Source: Squalus acanthias (taxonomy: Eukaryota). From it: 64,000 nt of DNA. Every line of letters starts with the position of its first letter. Within the stretch, counting starts at the first letter, position 1. Made by a program: the position numbers and the translations under genes. Location: positions 178,066,001 through 178,130,000 of the forward strand of contig CM059425.1 of the NCBI GenBank assembly GCA_030390025.1. Direction: 5' to 3'. Shown here piece by piece: positions 13,004-25,015 of this stretch. The notes under the pieces were generated by a model, which made no database searches, was not told the DNA's origin, and worked only from the letters and a program-made list of their open reading frames with translations.

Positions 13004-13709
13004 CAATGGTTCTCAAACTTTTTTGGTTGAAGGACTCAATGGATTAGTAACCATGGACCTCCCTATCTAAATTATAATACCATATAATACTCATAATATG
13101 TAAGTGCTGCATGTAAAGAGTGTTTTAATAATGCTTTTAAGAAAACAGGTATTTACTTTCAGATATCAGTGAGATGGGTACGCCTGCTTCTCACTGCAGA
13201 ATCTGTCTATCCTTGGCGTGAATTTTCTCCACAGATGAAGGAGGGAAAGTGTCCCTAATTCCGCATCTTAAACGCTAACACCATGTTTCCTGAAAATGTT
13301 GGTATAGCAATGCTAAGGATAAGGTGGCATGATTTTGGCCATACACTACTTTGTGTCATTGCACAGTCTGTGATCTGTTGTAAAGAGGGTTCTGCTAGTG
13401 GGTTAGCGGAATTGGTCTGTTTTCTTTCCTTGTAAAATAGCATAGCATTTTATCCAGGGAAGAGACTTGCAATTTTGTTGGTGAACAATTTGGGAATTGA
13501 TTCTAAATGGGTTCATAACCTTCAGGCATCTCCCCTCCTAGGTGAGACAGCCAGCCCAATCTGTGCTGCACATGTGGCAGCCACACTCCGCTCCCACTTC
13601 CCGCCTCGCACCAAGTCCACCTCCAGCCGCACTTTCATGTTATTTTTCAAACTCCTGGAAAGTCTCTACAGACCCTCAGGGGCCACGGACCCCAGTTTGA
13701 GAACCACTG
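13004..13709. mobile_element. hAT-superfamily MITE (Charlie-like)
   Basis: TIRs caatggttctcaaact / agtttgagaaccactg; perfect 8-bp TSD GCTTAAAG at 12996-13003 and 13710-13717. Confidence 0.9.
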
Positions 13710-13814
13710 GCTTAAAGGGGTTGCGTCATTAACATTCTTCTGTGAAAACACTTGTGGGTTAACACAATATCACAATGGCGCTTAATATCTGAATTCATAT
13801 TAGGTTTTCCAATA

Positions 13815-14010
13815 GAAAGAACAAACCTGCATTTATATAGCACCTTTCACATCCTCAGAATGTCCTAAAGTCCCTAACAGTCAATTACTTACTTTTGAAG
13901 GGTATTTACTACTGGTTTGTAGGCAAATGTGGCAGCCAAATTGCTCATAGCAAGGTCCCACAAACAGAATGAGGAGATAATCTGCTTTTGGTAGTTGAGG
14001 GATAAATGTT
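13815..14010 (-). mobile_element. Deu-type SINE 3' fragment
   Basis: Matches the tail region of the 43257-43717 SINE. Confidence 0.7.
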
Positions 14011-15429
14011 AAAGAGAAAATAGGCAAAGCTCTTGTTAACATTGAAGGGATAATTACTAGTCCTAGCCCCTTTAGGGCTACCCCAGATCAGGCGTATTCC
14101 TCAGACGTTCACTTTCAACTAAAGTTTGAGGTAGCCGAATCCTAAAGACGCTTAATTGGGTCTAAAGGTCCGGACAATCTCTCCCGAAAGGAAAGGAACA
14201 ACCTGAAAATGTTACCGTCCTCCAGATAGCACTTTTAATAAGTTTAGCTAGACTGTAACATTCCGGATATTATGAGGGTCCGGAAAACTCCCTCAGAATT
14301 CTGCAACTCCTCACCAAAGAGTATACAGAGATTGGGTTCGCGAGTTTGATACAGAAGTATTATTTGAGACAATTCTAAAAATATATAGATTTATTAAAGA
14401 ACCGACATGTATTTTACAGTTGGTGAGTCAATCGCAACATTAACAGTTCCAAAAAGAGAAAGCTTTATAATCTTATTATCAGAGATCCTTACTCTCAAAT
14501 CTTAACTTCGCTACAGTTTTACAGTTCTTAGTCTTATTCAGGATATCCACCAAAATCAAATACAGTACCTTTGATCCCCGAGATACAAAGAGTTGTAGAC
14601 TTACAGAGCTGTCTCTGAAGCCGAGAATCACTTTGCCCCTTTACAGCAAATCTATTATCCTATTTGAGAGTTCAATATTTATACCCTTTTCCAATGGTAT
14701 TCCCTTTAAGGTTTTCTGCTGATGTAAGCTAATTATCTCTAGTCATTTTTCTGCTGACTTCTGCAATTCTTACAGTCGCCTCAGCTGGTAGCAATACAGA
14801 ATTGTATCTCTCCTCTAGGTATTCTAAGCTTACCATAAAAAACAGTGTAACAGCAGGCGCATTTTATTTGATGTCATTTTTACTAAGGCCTTCTGTTTGT
14901 GCCTCTTTACGAAGTGTAAATTAGAACACCTTATACAGGGTGTACTATTGTCTGTTCCCAAAGATTCAGACTGTCGGGAGCCTTTAACCTTCTGTTTCAA
15001 TAAGGTTATTGATTCAGTGTCAACAACTATCTTATCTCTATAGCCAGAAAGCTATCACAGTTTTTCCATAGTTTGGGTTTCCCAGTTTGTCATGTTTTAA
15101 TAAGGCCAGAATTACATGGCTGATCTGATCCTAACCGCCAATCTACTATCACAGAACCATCTCCTGAACCTAACAGAATTGGACACACGAAATAGGAGCA
15201 GGATCAGGCTACATGGCCCCTGGGCCCGCTACGCTACCCACAGGGCCATGACCGATCCGAACCTAGACTCATGTCCAAATTCCTGCCCACTCCCCGTAAC
15301 CCTTAATTCCCTTTACTTCTAGGAAACTGTCTATTTCTGTTTTAAATTTATGTAATGATGTAGCTTCTACAGCTTTTTGGGGCAGCATATTCCATGGACC
15401 TACCACCCTCTGAGTGAAGTAGTTCCTTC

Positions 15430-18210
15430 TCATCTCAGTTTTGAAAGAGCAGTCCTTATTCTAAGACTATGCCCCCTAGTTCTAGTTTCACCCATCATCG
15501 GGAACATCCTCCCCGCATCCACCCAATCCAACCCCTTCACAATCTTATATGTTTCAATAAGATCGCCTCTCATTCTTCTGAACTCCAATGAGTAGAGTCC
15601 CAATCTACCCAACCTCTCCTCATATGTCCATCCCCTCATCCCCGGGATTAACTGAGTGAACCTTCTTTGTACTGACTTGAGAGCAAGTATGTCTTTTCTT
15701 AAGTATGGACACCAAAACTGTATGCAGTATTCCAGGTGTGGTCTCACCAATACCTTGTACAACTGAAGCAATACCTCCCTATTTTTATATTCTATCCCCC
15801 TAGCAATGAAAGCCAACATTCCATTGGCCTTCTTAATCACTTGCTGCACCTGCATACTAACCTTTTGAGTTTCGTGCACCAGGACCCCCAGATCCCTTTG
15901 TACTTCAGTACTTTCCAGTTTCTTGCCATTAAGATAATAACTTGCTCTACTATTTTTCCTGCCAAAGTGCATAACTTCACACTTTCCAGTATTGTATTCC
16001 ATCTGCCAAATCTCTGCCCACTTACTTAGCCTGTCTATGTCCCCTTGCAGATTTTTTATGTCCTCCTCACTCACTACTTTCCCTCCCATCTTAGTATCAT
16101 CTGCAAACTTTGATATATTACACTCGGTCCCCTCCTCCAAATCGTTAATATAGATTGTAAAGAGTTGGGGACCCAGCACTGACCCCTGCGGAACACCACT
16201 AGTTACTGATTGCCAGTCTGAGAATGAACCATTTATCCCAACTCTCTGCCTTCTGTTAGATAGCCAATCCTCTATCCATGCCAGAATATTACCCCCAATC
16301 CCGTGATTTTTTATCTTAAGCAATAATCTTTTGTGTGGCACCTTGTCAAATGCCTTTTGGAAGTCTAAATACACCACATCCACTGGTTCCCCTTTATCCA
16401 CCCTGTATGTTACTTCCTCAAAGAACTCCAGCAAATTTGTCAAACATGACTTCCCCTTCATAAAACCATGCTGACTTTGTCCGATTAAATTATGATTATC
16501 CAAATGTCCCGTTACTGTCTCCTTAATAATGGACTCCAAAATTTTACCTACCACAGATGTTAGGCTATAGTTACCAGCCTTCTGTCTACTGCCCTTTTTA
16601 AATAAGGGTGTTACATTAGCAGTTTTCCAGTCTGCCGGGATCTTTGCTGAGTCCAGGGAGTTTTGGAAAATTATTACCAATGCATCCACAATCCCTACTG
16701 CCACTTCCCTCAAGACCCTAGGATATAAGCCATCAGGTCCAGGTGATTTATCCGCCTTGAGTCCCATTATTTTACCGAGTACCACTTCCTTAGTGATTTT
16801 GATCATGTTTAGCTCCTCCCCCCCTATAGCCCCCTGTTTGTCCAGTGTTGGGATATTCTTAGTGTCCTCTACTGTAAAGACTGATCCAAAATATTCATTC
16901 AGAGTATTTGCCATCTCCATATTTCCCACCATTAATTTCCCGGTCTCATCCTCTAAGGGACCAACATTTACTTTAGCCACCCTTTTTCTTTTTATATAAC
17001 TATAAAAACTCTTACTATCTGTTTTTATATTTTTTGCTAATTTACTTTCATAATCTATCTTCACTTTCTTAATCAATCTTTTTGTTATTTTTTGCTGTCT
17101 TTTAAAGTTTTCCCAATCCTCTATCCTCCCACTAGATTTGACTACCATATAAACCTTTGTTTTTAGTCGAATATTATCCTTAATTTCTTTACTTAGCCAC
17201 GGATGACTGTCTTTTCTTTTACACCCTTTTCTTCTCAGTGGAATATATATTTTTTGGAAGTTGTAAAATAACTCCTTAAATGTACACCACTGATCATGTA
17301 TCGTCTTACCCTTTAATCTATTTTCCCAATCCACTCTACTCAATTCCGCTCGCCTACCTTCATAGTCTCCTTTATTCAAGCTTAGCACGCTTGTTTGAGA
17401 TCCAACCTTCTCACCCTCTAATTGAATATGGAATTCAACCATGTTATGGTCACTCATTCCAAGGGGATCCTTTACTAGGACATTTTTAATTAATCCTGTC
17501 TCGTTACACAGGACCAGATCTAAGGTTGCTTGCCCCCTGGTCGGTTCAGTTACATACTGCTCAAGAAACCCATCCCTAATACACTCAATGAACTCATCCT
17601 CAAGGCAGCCCTGCCCAATTTGATTTGTCCAATTAATATGATAGTTAAAATCCCCCATAATTATAGATGTTCCCTTATTACAAGCCTCAACTATTTCCTG
17701 ATTGATACTCCGTCCAACAGAGTTGCAACTGTTCGGAGGCCTATAGACTACGCCCACTAGTGTTTTTTTCCCCTTATTATTCCTTATCTCCACCCAAACT
17801 GTTTCATTATCCTGATCTTTTGACCCAATATCATTTCTCTGTATTACAGTGATTCCTTCCTTTATTAACATAGCCACCCCATCTCCCCTTCCTTCCTGCC
17901 TGTCCTTCCTGATCGTTAAATAACCTGGTATGTTTAATTCCCAGGCATTGTCACCCTGCAGCCATGTTTCTGTAATGGCCACAAGATCATACCCATATGT
18001 AGTTATTTGTGCCATTAACTCGTCTATTTTGTTACGAATGCTACGTGCATTCAGATAGAGAACTTTCAAATATGTTTTGTGACACTTAGTTCCTGCTTTT
18101 GGCCTTTTTATTACTTTACCTTTTACTCCATACCTTCTGCCCCTTCCTGACACACTCTGGTTTTTAATTTCCCCACTGCTACCTAAGTCTATGACCTTCT
18201 CTGTTGTCAT
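15430..18210 (-). CDS. CR1 ORF2p: APE endonuclease plus reverse transcriptase (926 aa, C-terminal frameshift)
   Basis: YLNARS, ITETWL, GDFN, SDH; YLDFQKAFD, GVPQGSVLG, FADDTK. Confidence 0.93.
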   Translation of the reverse strand: MTTEKVIDLGSSGEIKNQSVSGRGRRYGVKGKVIKRPKAGTKCHKTYLKVLYLNARSIRNKIDELMAQITTYGYDLVAITETWLQGDNAWELNIPGYLTIRKDRQEGRGDGVAMLIKEGITVIQRNDIGSKDQDNETVWVEIRNNKGKKTLVGVVYRPPNSCNSVGRSINQEIVEACNKGTSIIMGDFNYHINWTNQIGQGCLEDEFIECIRDGFLEQYVTEPTRGQATLDLVLCNETGLIKNVLVKDPLGMSDHNMVEFHIQLEGEKVGSQTSVLSLNKGDYEGRRAELSRVDWENRLKGKTIHDQWCTFKELFYNFQKIYIPLRRKGCKRKDSHPWLSKEIKDNIRLKTKVYMVVKSSGRIEDWENFKRQQKITKRLIKKVKIDYESKLAKNIKTDSKSFYSYIKRKRVAKVNVGPLEDETGKLMVGNMEMANTLNEYFGSVFTVEDTKNIPTLDKQGAIGGEELNMIKITKEVVLGKIMGLKADKSPGPDGLYPRVLREVAVGIVDALVIIFQNSLDSAKIPADWKTANVTPLFKKGSRQKAGNYSLTSVVGKILESIIKETVTGHLDNHNLIGQSQHGFMKGKSCLTNLLEFFEEVTYRVDKGEPVDVVYLDFQKAFDKVPHKRLLLKIKNHGIGGNILAWIEDWLSNRRQRVGINGSFSDWQSVTSGVPQGSVLGPQLFTIYINDLEEGTECNISKFADDTKMGGKVVSEEDIKNLQGDIDRLSKWAEIWQMEYNTGKCEVMHFGRKNSRASYYLNGKKLESTEVQRDLGVLVHETQKVSMQVQQVIKKANGMLAFIARGIEYKNREVLLQLYKVLVRPHLEYCIQFWCPYLRKDILALKSVQRRFTQLIPGMRGWTYEERLGRLGLYSLEFRRMRGDLIETYKIVKGLDWVDAGRMFPMMGETRTRGHSLRIRTALSKLR

Positions 18211-18248
18211 TTTTATTATTTGCTCTCTAGGAACCTCCCCCCCACTAG

Positions 18249-19202
18249 TTAGTTTAAAGCCCTCTCTACAGCCCTAGTTATATGATCCGCTAGGACTCTA
18301 GTCCCAGCACTGGTCAAGTGAAGCCCGTCCCAACGGAACAGCTCCCTCCTGCCCCAGTACTGGTGCCAGTGTCCCAGGAAGCAAAACCCATTTCTCCCAC
18401 ACCAGTCTTTGAGCCACTCATTTAACTCTCTAATTTTATTTGTCCTAGCCAAATTCGCTCGTGGCTCAGGTAATAATCCAGAGATTATTACCCCTGAGGT
18501 ACTGTTTTTTAATTTGACCCCTAGCTGCTCATACTCCTTTAACAGAACCGGCTTCCTTGTCCTATCTACGTCGTTTGTACCAACATGGACCACAACAACT
18601 GGATCCACCCCCTCCCACTGCAAGTTTCTTTCCAGCTCAGAGGAGATGTCCTTAACCCTGGCACTGGGCAGGCAACACAGCCTACGGGACTCTCGCTCTC
18701 GGCTGCAGAGAACTCTATCTATCCCCCTATTAATACTATCCCCTACCACTACAACATTTCTATTTACTCCCCCCTCTTGAATGGCCCCCCGTTCCATGGT
18801 GCTGTGGCCAGGTTGCTCATCCTCCCTGCAGTCCCTGCTCCTGACCCCACAGGGAGTAAGAACCTCGAACCTGTTGGACAAGAGCAAGGGCTGCGGCTCC
18901 TCCAACACTACCTCCTGGATCCCCGTACCTGCCTCACTCGTAGTCACACCGTCCTGTCCCTGACCATGGGCTACATCTGAATTAATTAACTTCATAGGTG
19001 TGACCACCTCCTGAAACACAGAGTCCAGGTACTTCTCCCCCTCCCTGATGTGTCGCAGTGTCCGAAGCTCAGACTCCAGCTCATCAACACGGAGCTGGAG
19101 TTCCTGTAGCAGCAGACACTTGTCACAGATGTAATCACCGTGAGCCTCAATGGGGTCCACCGGCTCCCACATCTCGCAACAGTAACACATCACCTGCTCC
19201 AT
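18249..19202 (-). CDS. CR1 ORF1p: Cys-rich finger, coiled coil, SGNH/GDSL esterase (317 aa)
   Basis: CYCC..YICDKC, heptad LQELQLRVDELESEL, VVVVGDS / HVGTND / WDGLHL. Confidence 0.9.
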   Translation of the reverse strand: MEQVMCYCCEMWEPVDPIEAHGDYICDKCLLLQELQLRVDELESELRTLRHIREGEKYLDSVFQEVVTPMKLINSDVAHGQGQDGVTTSEAGTGIQEVVLEEPQPLLLSNRFEVLTPCGVRSRDCREDEQPGHSTMERGAIQEGGVNRNVVVVGDSINRGIDRVLCSRERESRRLCCLPSARVKDISSELERNLQWEGVDPVVVVHVGTNDVDRTRKPVLLKEYEQLGVKLKNSTSGVIISGLLPEPRANLARTNKIRELNEWLKDWCGRNGFCFLGHWHQYWGRRELFRWDGLHLTSAGTRVLADHITRAVERALN

Positions 19203-19514
19203 TCTATGTAATTAATTAAAAAATTTATTGTTAGTTATGGACACTCTCTGCCCGATTTTCGATGCTAGTATCCCCTCTAATTAATTGGATTTAAATTAAA
19301 TCAATCCCTCTAAATTACACCAGTTAAATGGTTTACCAACAGTCACTCTGCACCAGAAAGGCCTTATTAACTACAAGCCGCAGAGTTAAAGTTTGAAAAG
19401 AGCACCCTACACCCCACTCACCCGAACTCACACTTACCCAAACTCAGCACTCTTTCATCGAATGGTGTATTTTTCTGAATAGGTTTTATGGCTTATTCCT
19501 TCACAACATTTTAA

Positions 19515-19882
19515 AAGAAAGAACGAGCTGTTGTAATGTCGGAATTGCGGCAGCCACTTTGCACGCAACAAGGTCCCACAAACAGCAATGAGATAATGAC
19601 CAGATCATCTGTTTTAGTGATGTTGATTGAGGGATAAATATTGTCCAGGACACCAGGGAAAACTCTCCGGCCCTTCTTCAATATAATGCCATGGAATCTT
19701 TTATGTCCACCTGAGAGGGCAAACAGGGCCTCGGTTTAACATCTCATCCGAAAGACAGCAACTCTGACAGTACAGCTCTCCCTCAGTACTGCACTGAAGT
19801 GCCAGCCTAGATTACGTGCTCAACTCTCTGGAGTGGGGCTTGATCCCAGAGGCGAGAGTATGACCATTGAGTCACATCTGAC
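19515..19882 (-). mobile_element. tRNA-derived Deu-domain SINE
   Basis: Central ctttcggatgagatgttaaaccgaggcc on the - strand; homologous to 43257-43717. Confidence 0.8.
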
Positions 19883-20119
19883 AGTATTTAGGAAAAATAT
19901 AGGAATTATAGCTGAGAACTTGAGGATAATAAACATTGTTCCGATATTCAAAAAAAGAGTGAGACCACAGATCAGTTAGTGGAGAAATTGCTTCAGAACA
20001 TTTTATGTGATTGAGGGTTAAGTGATAGTTCAGATAGAGATGATCAGATGTTGTATGGAATATGATGGTTCTTCAGTTCTGGCACCATGGATTAGATATT
20101 CCAGAATAAAACTACCTTG

Positions 20120-20494
20120 ACTACATTTCCTCCCACCCTGCTTCCTGTAAGGACTCTAATCCATTCTCCCAGTTTCTCCATCTCCGTCGCATCTGTTCTG
20201 ACAATGCCACCTTCCATACCAGTGCTTCCGATATGTCTTCCTTTTTCCTCAACCAAGGATTCCACTCCACTGTGGTTGACAGGTTCCCTCGACCGTGTCT
20301 GTTCCATTTCCTGCACTTCTGCTCTCACCCCTTCCCCACCCTCCCAGAACCATGATAGGGTTTCCCTCGTCCTCACCTTCCAGCCCACCAGCCCCCACAT
20401 TTAACGGATCATCCTCTGCCATTTCTGCCACCTCTAGCGTGATCCCACCACTCCTACACTGTTCCAATGAAGCTCAATGGAAGCTCGAGGAACA
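20120..20494 (+). mobile_element. Penelope-like element fragment (5' part, split by L2)
   Basis: PFSQFLHLRRICSD and RVSLVLTFQP RT C-terminal motifs; continues at 24548. Confidence 0.75.
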
Positions 20495-23400
20495 TGACCT
20501 GCTGAAACTTGACCTCTATCACTGGATTCCTCATGGACAGGACTTTGTTGACTACACAGTTTGACTCAGCGGCTGTGGCGCTGCTTTGCTTTTCAGTCAC
20601 TTCAAGTCTTAAGCTGAAGAATTCTTTTGTCAAATTGGTTTCCGATCTCCTGGACTTCTCTGAACATCTCTACATCTCTGCTTTGAACGACATTGGATTA
20701 CACTACATTTCTGCACTGGATTACACTGTTAGACTTATCTGCTTTGTCTCTGTCTCTCCTGCCAAAAGGTTTTTACCTTTAAACTGCGGCTGTTTCTCTG
20801 CTGAACTGGTTCTACTGGTTTTTCCGCTCTGCTGGCTTGTAGGTAGCAACTGTTGCTCCACTTTCTGTCCGGTGACTCGTTCTACCGGTTTTCAGCTTTG
20901 CTGGTCGCTGGCTTGTGGTTTTACTTTTTCTCTGTCGCTTTGATCTACGGTGACCTCCAACTTGCGGCAATTTCTCCATCATCTTTCTGCATCGCTACCG
21001 ACTCTCACTCCTACAGCAACAACCTCCATCCTCAAACCCTCTACTCTTCAAAAAGCTTCTGGACTTCACTCGCCTGCTTTGGACAGCGGTTCATCGATGC
21101 TCTGTGCCGGCTCCATCCTGCTTACATCAGCTTGTCCTTCCATGGGACCTCTGACTTTGACCCTGGTCTCCCTACTATTGTCCCCAAACTATTCCCTGCT
21201 ACCAGGAAATATGTATTCCATTAATTATTACATTTAAACAGGCCTATATAACCTGAGCTTTTCCCATGTCCATTCGCGTGCGCACTTTGTCTGCCGCTCC
21301 GGACCCGAGCCATTCCAATTTTTCTCCCTATTTTCCTTTTCTCTCCATCCCTCCCTGACAGCTCTCAGCTGTCGTCATGCCTCCTTTCATCTCTCTTCTC
21401 TCAGATACACTGCACTCCCAAATCCCTACCCCAATCCTTCATTACTCTTCGACCTTCCTACTTTCCTGCTGCCATTCCAGGCTTGACTCCCTCTTAGATA
21501 AGCCCACAGCTTCCCTCTGTGCCTCTCTTGACATCCTACGAAGGGCTCATCGAGGCACTCATCGCTGCCGCCTTACGAGCAGCAACCCCAACTGTCCCAT
21601 CCTACTCTCTCCCCGACCTTCCCGCCCAGCGCACCCACTGGGGGCAAATCTTGCCAATCTCCTCCCCATCCAACTCATCCCCCCCCCATCACTGACCCTC
21701 TCCGCATCTCCCTCCAGAATGTCCGTTCACTTGCGAACAAGGCCCTTGCCATCCATGAGCTTATCTTGGATGATTGCATCGACATCATGGCCCTGACGGA
21801 AACTTGGTTGAGGGGTGATGACACCCCCCAGTCCTCCGGCAGTTTCTCTTTCTTTGAGCATCTCACCTTATTCCACCCTTCTCACCTCTCATTTAAAATT
21901 CATGTTCTCTACCGCCCACCCAAGTACCATAAAAATGTTATTACTGAGATATCTTCGCTGCTCTCCTCCCTCAGCCTCTGCACCAAGCGACTTCCCATCC
22001 TTGGTGATTTCAACCTCCATCTCAATTCATCATACTCTCTCTCCTCTGAGTTCACTAGCCTCCTATCCTCCTTTAATCTCTCTCTCCATGTAAACTCCCC
22101 AACCCATATTCACGGCCACCCCCTTGACCTTGCCATCTCTTGTCGTCTCGCTACTCCCATCGTGTCAATCGCATATAAGGCCATCTCTGACCACTTCCTC
22201 GTATCGTTCTCCACCCACATCCCCGTTCCACCCACCACTCCCCGCAACCTTACTTCCTTCTGTGTCTGCCCCTGGGAAAAACTCACTCCCAACTCTATTA
22301 TGAAATCCCAACTGTCCAGCCTTTGGCCCTCCATTCACCATGACATTTCTGCAGCTACCGATCTGCTCAACCACACCCTCACCACCACCTTTGATGCCCT
22401 AGTCCCTACTAAAACAATTACTCTCTCTCACCCTGGCCGTTCCCCCTGGTAGGGCTCCCATCTTCACTCCCTTAAGTCCAAGGGACACAGACTTGAACGG
22501 ATATGGCGGACAACTGGTTTAGCCATTCACCGCCAGATGTGGCTGGACCACATAAAGCACTATCGGGCCCTGCTCTCATCTGCCAAAATTGTTCACTATT
22601 CCAGAATCATTCTGGAATGTAAAGATAAACCCCAGCTCCTATTCTCTACTGCTAACCATCTTCTTAAACCTCTCTCCCTTGTCTCCTCCACCCTCACCTT
22701 CGATAACAAGTGTGAGGAACTCATGAACTTTTTTTTCTCTAAGATTGAGACCATCCATTCAGCTGCCTCTGCCACTTCCCTTCCTTCCCATAACCCACCG
22801 GGCCAAACTTCCTCTAAGGTTCCCCCCTGCCCTAGCCCTGAACTCACATCTTTCTCCAGTTTCTCTCCGGTCTCCCCTCATGACCTCTCCACGCTCATCT
22901 TGTCCATGAGACCCACCTCTTGCTCCCTCAACCCTATTCCCACCAAACTGCTGACCACCCAACTTCCTTTTCTGGCTCCCATGTTAGCTGACATTGTTAA
23001 CGGTTCTCTCTCCTCAGGTACTGTCCCCCTCTCCCTCAAATCTGCCGTCATCACCCCTCTCCTCAAAAAACCAACCCTTGACCCCTCCATCCTTGCAAAC
23101 TACCGCCCCATCTCCAACCTCCCTTTCCTCTCCAAAGTCCTTGAACGTGTTGTCATCTCCCAAATCCATGCACATCTTTTCCGCAATGCCGTGTTTGAAT
23201 CCCTCCAATCAGGTTTCCACCCTTGCCACAGTACCAAAACAGCTCTCAAAGTCACAAATGACATCCTTTGTGACTGTGACAAAGGTAAACTATCCCTCCT
23301 CATCCTTCTTGACTTGTCTGTAGCCTTTGACACGGTTGATCACTCCATCCTTCTCCAATGCCTCTCCACGTTGTCCAGCTGGGTGGGGCTGCACTCGCCT

Positions 23401-24547
23401 GGTTCCATTCTTATCTGTCTAATCATAGCCAGAGAATCACCTGCAACGGCTTCTCTTCCCGCTCCCGCATCGTTACCTCTGGTGTCCCCCAAGGATCTAT
23501 CCTTGGCCCCCTCCTATTTCTCATCTACATGTTGCCCCTTGGCGACATCATCTGAAAACACAGTGTCAGTTTCCACATGTACACTGACGACACCCAGCTC
23601 TACCTCACTCCCTCTTCTCTCGACCCCTCCACAGTCTCTAAATTGTCAGACTGCTTGTCCGATATACAGTTCTGGATGAGCAGAAATTTTCTCCAATTAA
23701 ATATTGGGAAGACCAAAGCCATTGTTTTTGGTCCCCGCCACAAACTCCGTTCTCTAGCCACTGACTCCATCCCTCTCCCCAACATCTGTCTGAGGCTGAA
23801 CCACCCTGTTTGCAACCTTGGTGTCATATTTGACCCTGAAATGAGCTTCCGACCGCATATCCACAGCATAACAAAGATCGCCTATTTCCACCTCCGTAAC
23901 ATCACCCGTTGCGGCCCTTGCCTCAGCTCATCCGCTGCTGAAACCCTCATCCATGTCTTTGTTACCTCTAGACTCGACTATTCCAATGCACTCCTGGCTG
24001 GCCTCCCACATTCTACCCTATGTAAACTTGAGGTCATCCAAAACTCGGCTGCCTGTGTCCTAACTCGCACCAGGTCCCGTTCGCCCATCACCCCTGACTT
24101 ACACTGGCTCCCGATTAAGCAGCGCCTTGATTTCAAAATTCTCATCCTTGTTTTCAAATCCCTCCATGGCCTCGCTCCTCCCTATCTCTGTAACCTCCTT
24201 CAGCCCCACACCCCCCCCGAGATATCTGCGCTCCTCTAATTCTGCCCTCTTGAGCATCCCTGATTATAATCGCTCAACCATTGGTGACCGTGCCTTCTGT
24301 TGCCTCAGCCCTAAGCTCTGGAATTCCCTGCCTAAACCTTTCCGCCTCGCTATCTCTCTTTCCTCCTTTAAGACGCTCCTTAAAACCTACCTCTTTGACC
24401 AACCTTTTGGTCACCTGCCCTAATTTCTCACTATGTGGCTTGGTGTCAAATATTTTTTCTTATAATATTCCTGTGCAGCGCCTTGGGACGTTTTACTATG
24501 TTAAAGGCCGCTATATAAATACAAGTTGTTGTTGTTATTGTTGTTGT
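20495..24547 (+). mobile_element. L2-clade LINE, ~4.05 kb, TSD-bounded, frameshifted
   Basis: EN (LTETWL, GDFN, SDH), RT (NYRPISNLP, LDLSVAFD, GVPQGS, YTDDTQLY), (gtt)n tail; 27-bp duplication at 20468-20494 and 24548-24574. Confidence 0.92.
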
Positions 24548-25015
24548 TGAAGCTCAACGGAAGCTCGAGGAACAGCACCTCATCTTTCGATTAGACTCAA
24601 CATTGAGTTCAACAATTTCAGATCATAACCTCTGCTCCCATTTTTTCGGTCGACAGCTGTTCATGATTCTGCCATTCCCATTTATACCTCTTCTAGACCC
24701 ATCTTTTGTTTCATTACTTGTCCCATCACCACCCCCTTTTGCCTTGCACCATCATCCCTTTTGAAATTTAATCTCTCCTGCCTTCCATCCTATCACAGAC
24801 CTTCCCTTTTGTTCTTTCCTCCCCTCCCCCCTTTCCCTGCCTCTGTCCTTCCTTAAAACCTGCTACATCTGTAACATTTTCTAGTTCTGATGAAAGGTCA
24901 TCGAGCTGAAACATTAACTCTGTTTCTCTCTCCACAGATGCTGTCTGACCTGCTGAGTATTTCCAGCATTTTCTGTTTTTATTTCAGATTTCCAGCATCC
25001 GCAGTATTTTTTTTT
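24548..25015 (+). mobile_element. Penelope-like element 3' end (pLTR)
   Basis: RKLEEQHLIFRL C-terminus, pyrimidine-rich UTR and hammerhead motif. Confidence 0.8.
24883..24919 (+). ncRNA. Minimal hammerhead ribozyme (degenerate)
   Basis: AGTT-CTGATGA-aAGGTC atc GAGCT-GAAA-CATT-AACT. Confidence 0.65.

Larger units (their letters stand above)
15183..19455 (-). mobile_element. Near full-length CR1 LINE
   Basis: 5' UTR, ORF1, ORF2 and CR1-type 3' UTR in order; ends approximate. Confidence 0.93.

Noticed and set aside
15736..18980. + strand ORFs overlapping the CR1
   Set aside because: Antisense shadows of CR1 ORF1 and ORF2
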